Source: Heterodontus francisci (lineage: Eukaryota). From it: a DNA stretch of 64,000 nt. The notes beneath the pieces were generated by a model. That model ran no database searches and had not been told where the DNA came from. It was given only the letters and a program-made list of their open reading frames with translations. Position 1 is the first letter of the stretch, and each line of letters begins with the position of its first letter. The position numbers and the translations under genes are program-made. Positions 61,333 through 64,000 of the stretch are shown here, one piece after another. Location: contig NC_090376.1 of assembly GCF_036365525.1 (NCBI RefSeq), forward strand, positions 71,014,964 to 71,078,963. The letters are read 5' to 3'.

Positions 61333-62872
61333 TGTAGTAAATTATAATCCTAGCCCTTTTTTTGGGCTATCCGGGAGCAGGCCTACTTCTCAAATGATCA
61401 CTCTCAACATAAGGTTGAGAAAGACATCCCAAAGACACTCGAATGGGTCTGAAGGACTGATTTAACTCTTCCTAAAGGAAAGGATCCTGCTTAGAATATT
61501 ACCATCCTCCAGAGATAGAAGCTTTGTGAGATAGAAGCTTAACTTTATACAAATTTCAGCCAGATTATAATAACCTGGATATTATGAGTGTCCAGGAATC
61601 TCTCCTCAGTAATGTACCTCCCTGCCAAAGAGTGTACAGAGACAGTTTCATGAGTTAGCAACAGAAGTGTGAGAAATATGTTTTTTAAATATTTTTTCCT
61701 TGTACTATGAATTTTAGATACAGTACTTCATAAATGTTTGTGTGGGCTTTTAGTAATCAAAGAGCTAACTGCTGGTATGCATTGATTATGTTAGGTGCAA
61801 ATAAAGGATGTCACATGGTGATTAGGGATAAAAACATTACACGAAACTAGACATTTATAGAGACAAAGGATAAGAAGTTAGAACAATTCAGAACAATTAC
61901 GTGGAAATTAAAACAAGTCTGTCTGGATGTATGGTTCAGGCATTCAGGCAATGGGGACTGTAGGAAACAATGGGTCAACTCTTACTGCACATGGTGCTAA
62001 AATATGTATTAAACTGAGACCACAAGATGTTATAGAGACAAGTAGAGTTTGTCAAGAAACTGCCAACCATGTGGAAGGGGGAACAAAGGGCATCAGTGTC
62101 GGCTAAGTCTGTGGTCAAAACTGTTGTTGTAAGAACTGCAGGCTTGCCAACATATCTTTATGTATTATGAATTTGGTGGGTCCTGTTTAAGCTGAAGCAC
62201 CTATTGTAATGCTTGTCAAACTTATACTATCTCTCTTTAAGACAGCGTGCTGTCATTCTTATACTATGGGTAAACCTTATGCTTTTGTATGATTAAATGT
62301 GCATGAACCTTCAGTAACTATAGAGTGAGTTTTAGACATTTGCAACTATTGGGAAATCACAGCTTGCTTAAAGCCAGGGTCGACAGTGTTACACAATCAG
62401 AAAGTGTGAATAAACAGAGGAGCCAGACGGCTCAGGTTCGGACAAGGTGTAAATGAAGAGTGAAATATGTTCCCTGTGTATGAATAATGTGATTAAGCAG
62501 ACTGCTCGTCCTGACTGGAAATTCACATATGCAGTCACGATGTAGATTTGGGAAGGGGCTTCATCATTAACAAGAAAATGAGTAAATAGTAACTAATCAG
62601 AAAGCAACTAACAAACCTAAGACTAAAAAAGCAATGTATGAGACTAGAGACTAAACTATCAGAATATGTGATTAGAACCTTACAAAAATCCCCAGTGCCT
62701 GTTCAACGTACTCAATCTACTACTGAAGACGAGAAGAAGAGGAACCGAGGAGAGAGCATTGTCTAGAGTCTGACAGTTTCAGGAAAGCAAGGAACGTGGA
62801 CACTCATTGCTCATTGCCTACTGTTCAGTATACTGTTGACATTATCTTAATAAATTCTGGTTGATTGACTAT
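61333..62872 (+). mobile_element. Probable long LTR (family C) inserted into the Harbinger transposase; 3' end interrupted
   Basis: Begins TGTAGT at an abrupt junction, has no ORF, and has a TATA-like TACAAAAA (~62681) and AATAAA (62849-62854) in LTR-like order. The closing CA and TSD are not visible. Confidence 0.5.
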
Positions 62873-64000
62873 TGTTAAGACCAGGTGAGAAAGAGGTCTA
62901 GGGTTCCCTTTCAGCCTTCACCTGGTCTTACTGGAACGGGGTTTTATTTTTAAACATACTGTGTTTTTAGCTCACCCTTGGTGAATCTTTGTTCACCGCT
63001 TTCCAATTATAAGGCAAAGAAACGAGCACAAACAGGCTTTCTTAGGTTTAAAGAAGAAAGGTGAAATTTTATTAAACTTAAACTCTAATTTGGTTGACGC
63101 CTGCAGATACACAACGTGCCCACACTAGCATGCATATGTGATACACACATGCAAATAGAGACAGAAAAGAGCAGAAGAAAAATAAAGTGGAAAGGTTTGA
63201 GGCAATATCTGAAGAGTTTTTGTTATGGTTCTTCAAGCTCACTGTAAAGTCCTTGATTGTAGATGGGTCTTGCTTTTCATTGGGGCCCAGTATTCTTAGT
63301 TTTAGTTTTATTTAGTTTTAGAGATACAGCACTGAAACAGGCCCTTCGGCCCACCGAGTCTGTGCCGACCATCAACCACCCATTTATACTAATCCTACAC
63401 TAATTCCATATTCCTACCACATCCCCACCTGTCCCTATATTGCCCTACCACCTACCTATACTAGGTGCAATTGCTAATGGCCAATTTACCTATCAACCTG
63501 CAAGTTTTTGGCATGTGGGAGGAAACCGGAGCACCCAGAGGAAACCCACGCAGACACAGGGAGAACTTGTAAACTCCACACAGGCAGTACCCAGAATTGA
63601 ACCAGGTCGCTAGAGCTGTGAGGCTGCGGTGCCAACCACTGCGCCACTGTGCCGCCCTTGTTCACTGTAGGAGACTTTTCTCTCTTGGGGTTCATGTGTC
63701 TCCAGTGGGTTTTTTGGAGTTCCGTGAGAAAGAGATGGGAGCAGACAGAAGAGGCTGTGGCGAACCAGCCAGGAGAGGTCTTTTCAATCCAGGAGCAAAG
63801 AGCTTTCTGTTCAAAACTCTACAATTAAAAAAAAACAGACTGCCAAGCAGGTTAGTCATGTGACTAACAGGTTTGACCAGGTCTGTTTGTGGATTGTATT
63901 GGTGCAGGGGATAGCTCCTTTGTTCCAGCACTGTCTGTTAATATGCAAAAATGCCTTTCCAGCCAGGAGTCTGGCAACCCCTTGTAACAGGCCTTCTCTT
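62873..64000 (-). mobile_element. LTR family A, second copy (runs off the window)
   Basis: Reverse complement of ~21140-21989. Confidence 0.85.
63298..63657 (-). mobile_element. Full-length tRNA-derived V-SINE (HE1-like)
   Basis: Head GGGCGGCACAGTGGCGCAGTGG (A box), B box GGTTCAATTC, V-domain TGCGTGGGTTTCCTCTGGGTGCTCCGGTTTCCTCCCAC and a CR1-derived 3' tail. Confidence 0.9.

Overview
This is repeat-rich vertebrate DNA, most likely from a cartilaginous fish: it carries HE1-type V-SINEs, HER1/CR1 LINEs, a DeuSINE-like tail, Penelope elements and abundant Harbinger elements. The only host gene I can support is the 3' end of an AF4/FMR2-family gene most similar to AFF3, on the + strand. It has three phase-consistent coding exons (4948-4997, 22533-22756, 29092-29213) and an AT-rich 3' UTR. 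Almost everything else is nested transposon debris: at least eight decayed PIF/Harbinger elements, MITEs with shared TIRs, solo LTRs, two CR1-group LINE families, and Penelope, RTE and Tx1 fragments. One CR1 (38228-42406) is nearly intact. The most interesting signal is at its ORF1/ORF2 junction, where two overlapping canonical -1 ribosomal frameshift heptamers (G_GGU_UUA and U_UUA_AAC) sit directly before the ORF1 stop and ORF2 is open in the -1 frame. The same TTTAAAC-stop motif recurs in a second, diverged CR1. Also notable is a 269-bp, about 98%-identical inverted local copy fused to a truncated SINE insertion. Family names come from motif recognition, not database searches, and most repeat boundaries are approximate.
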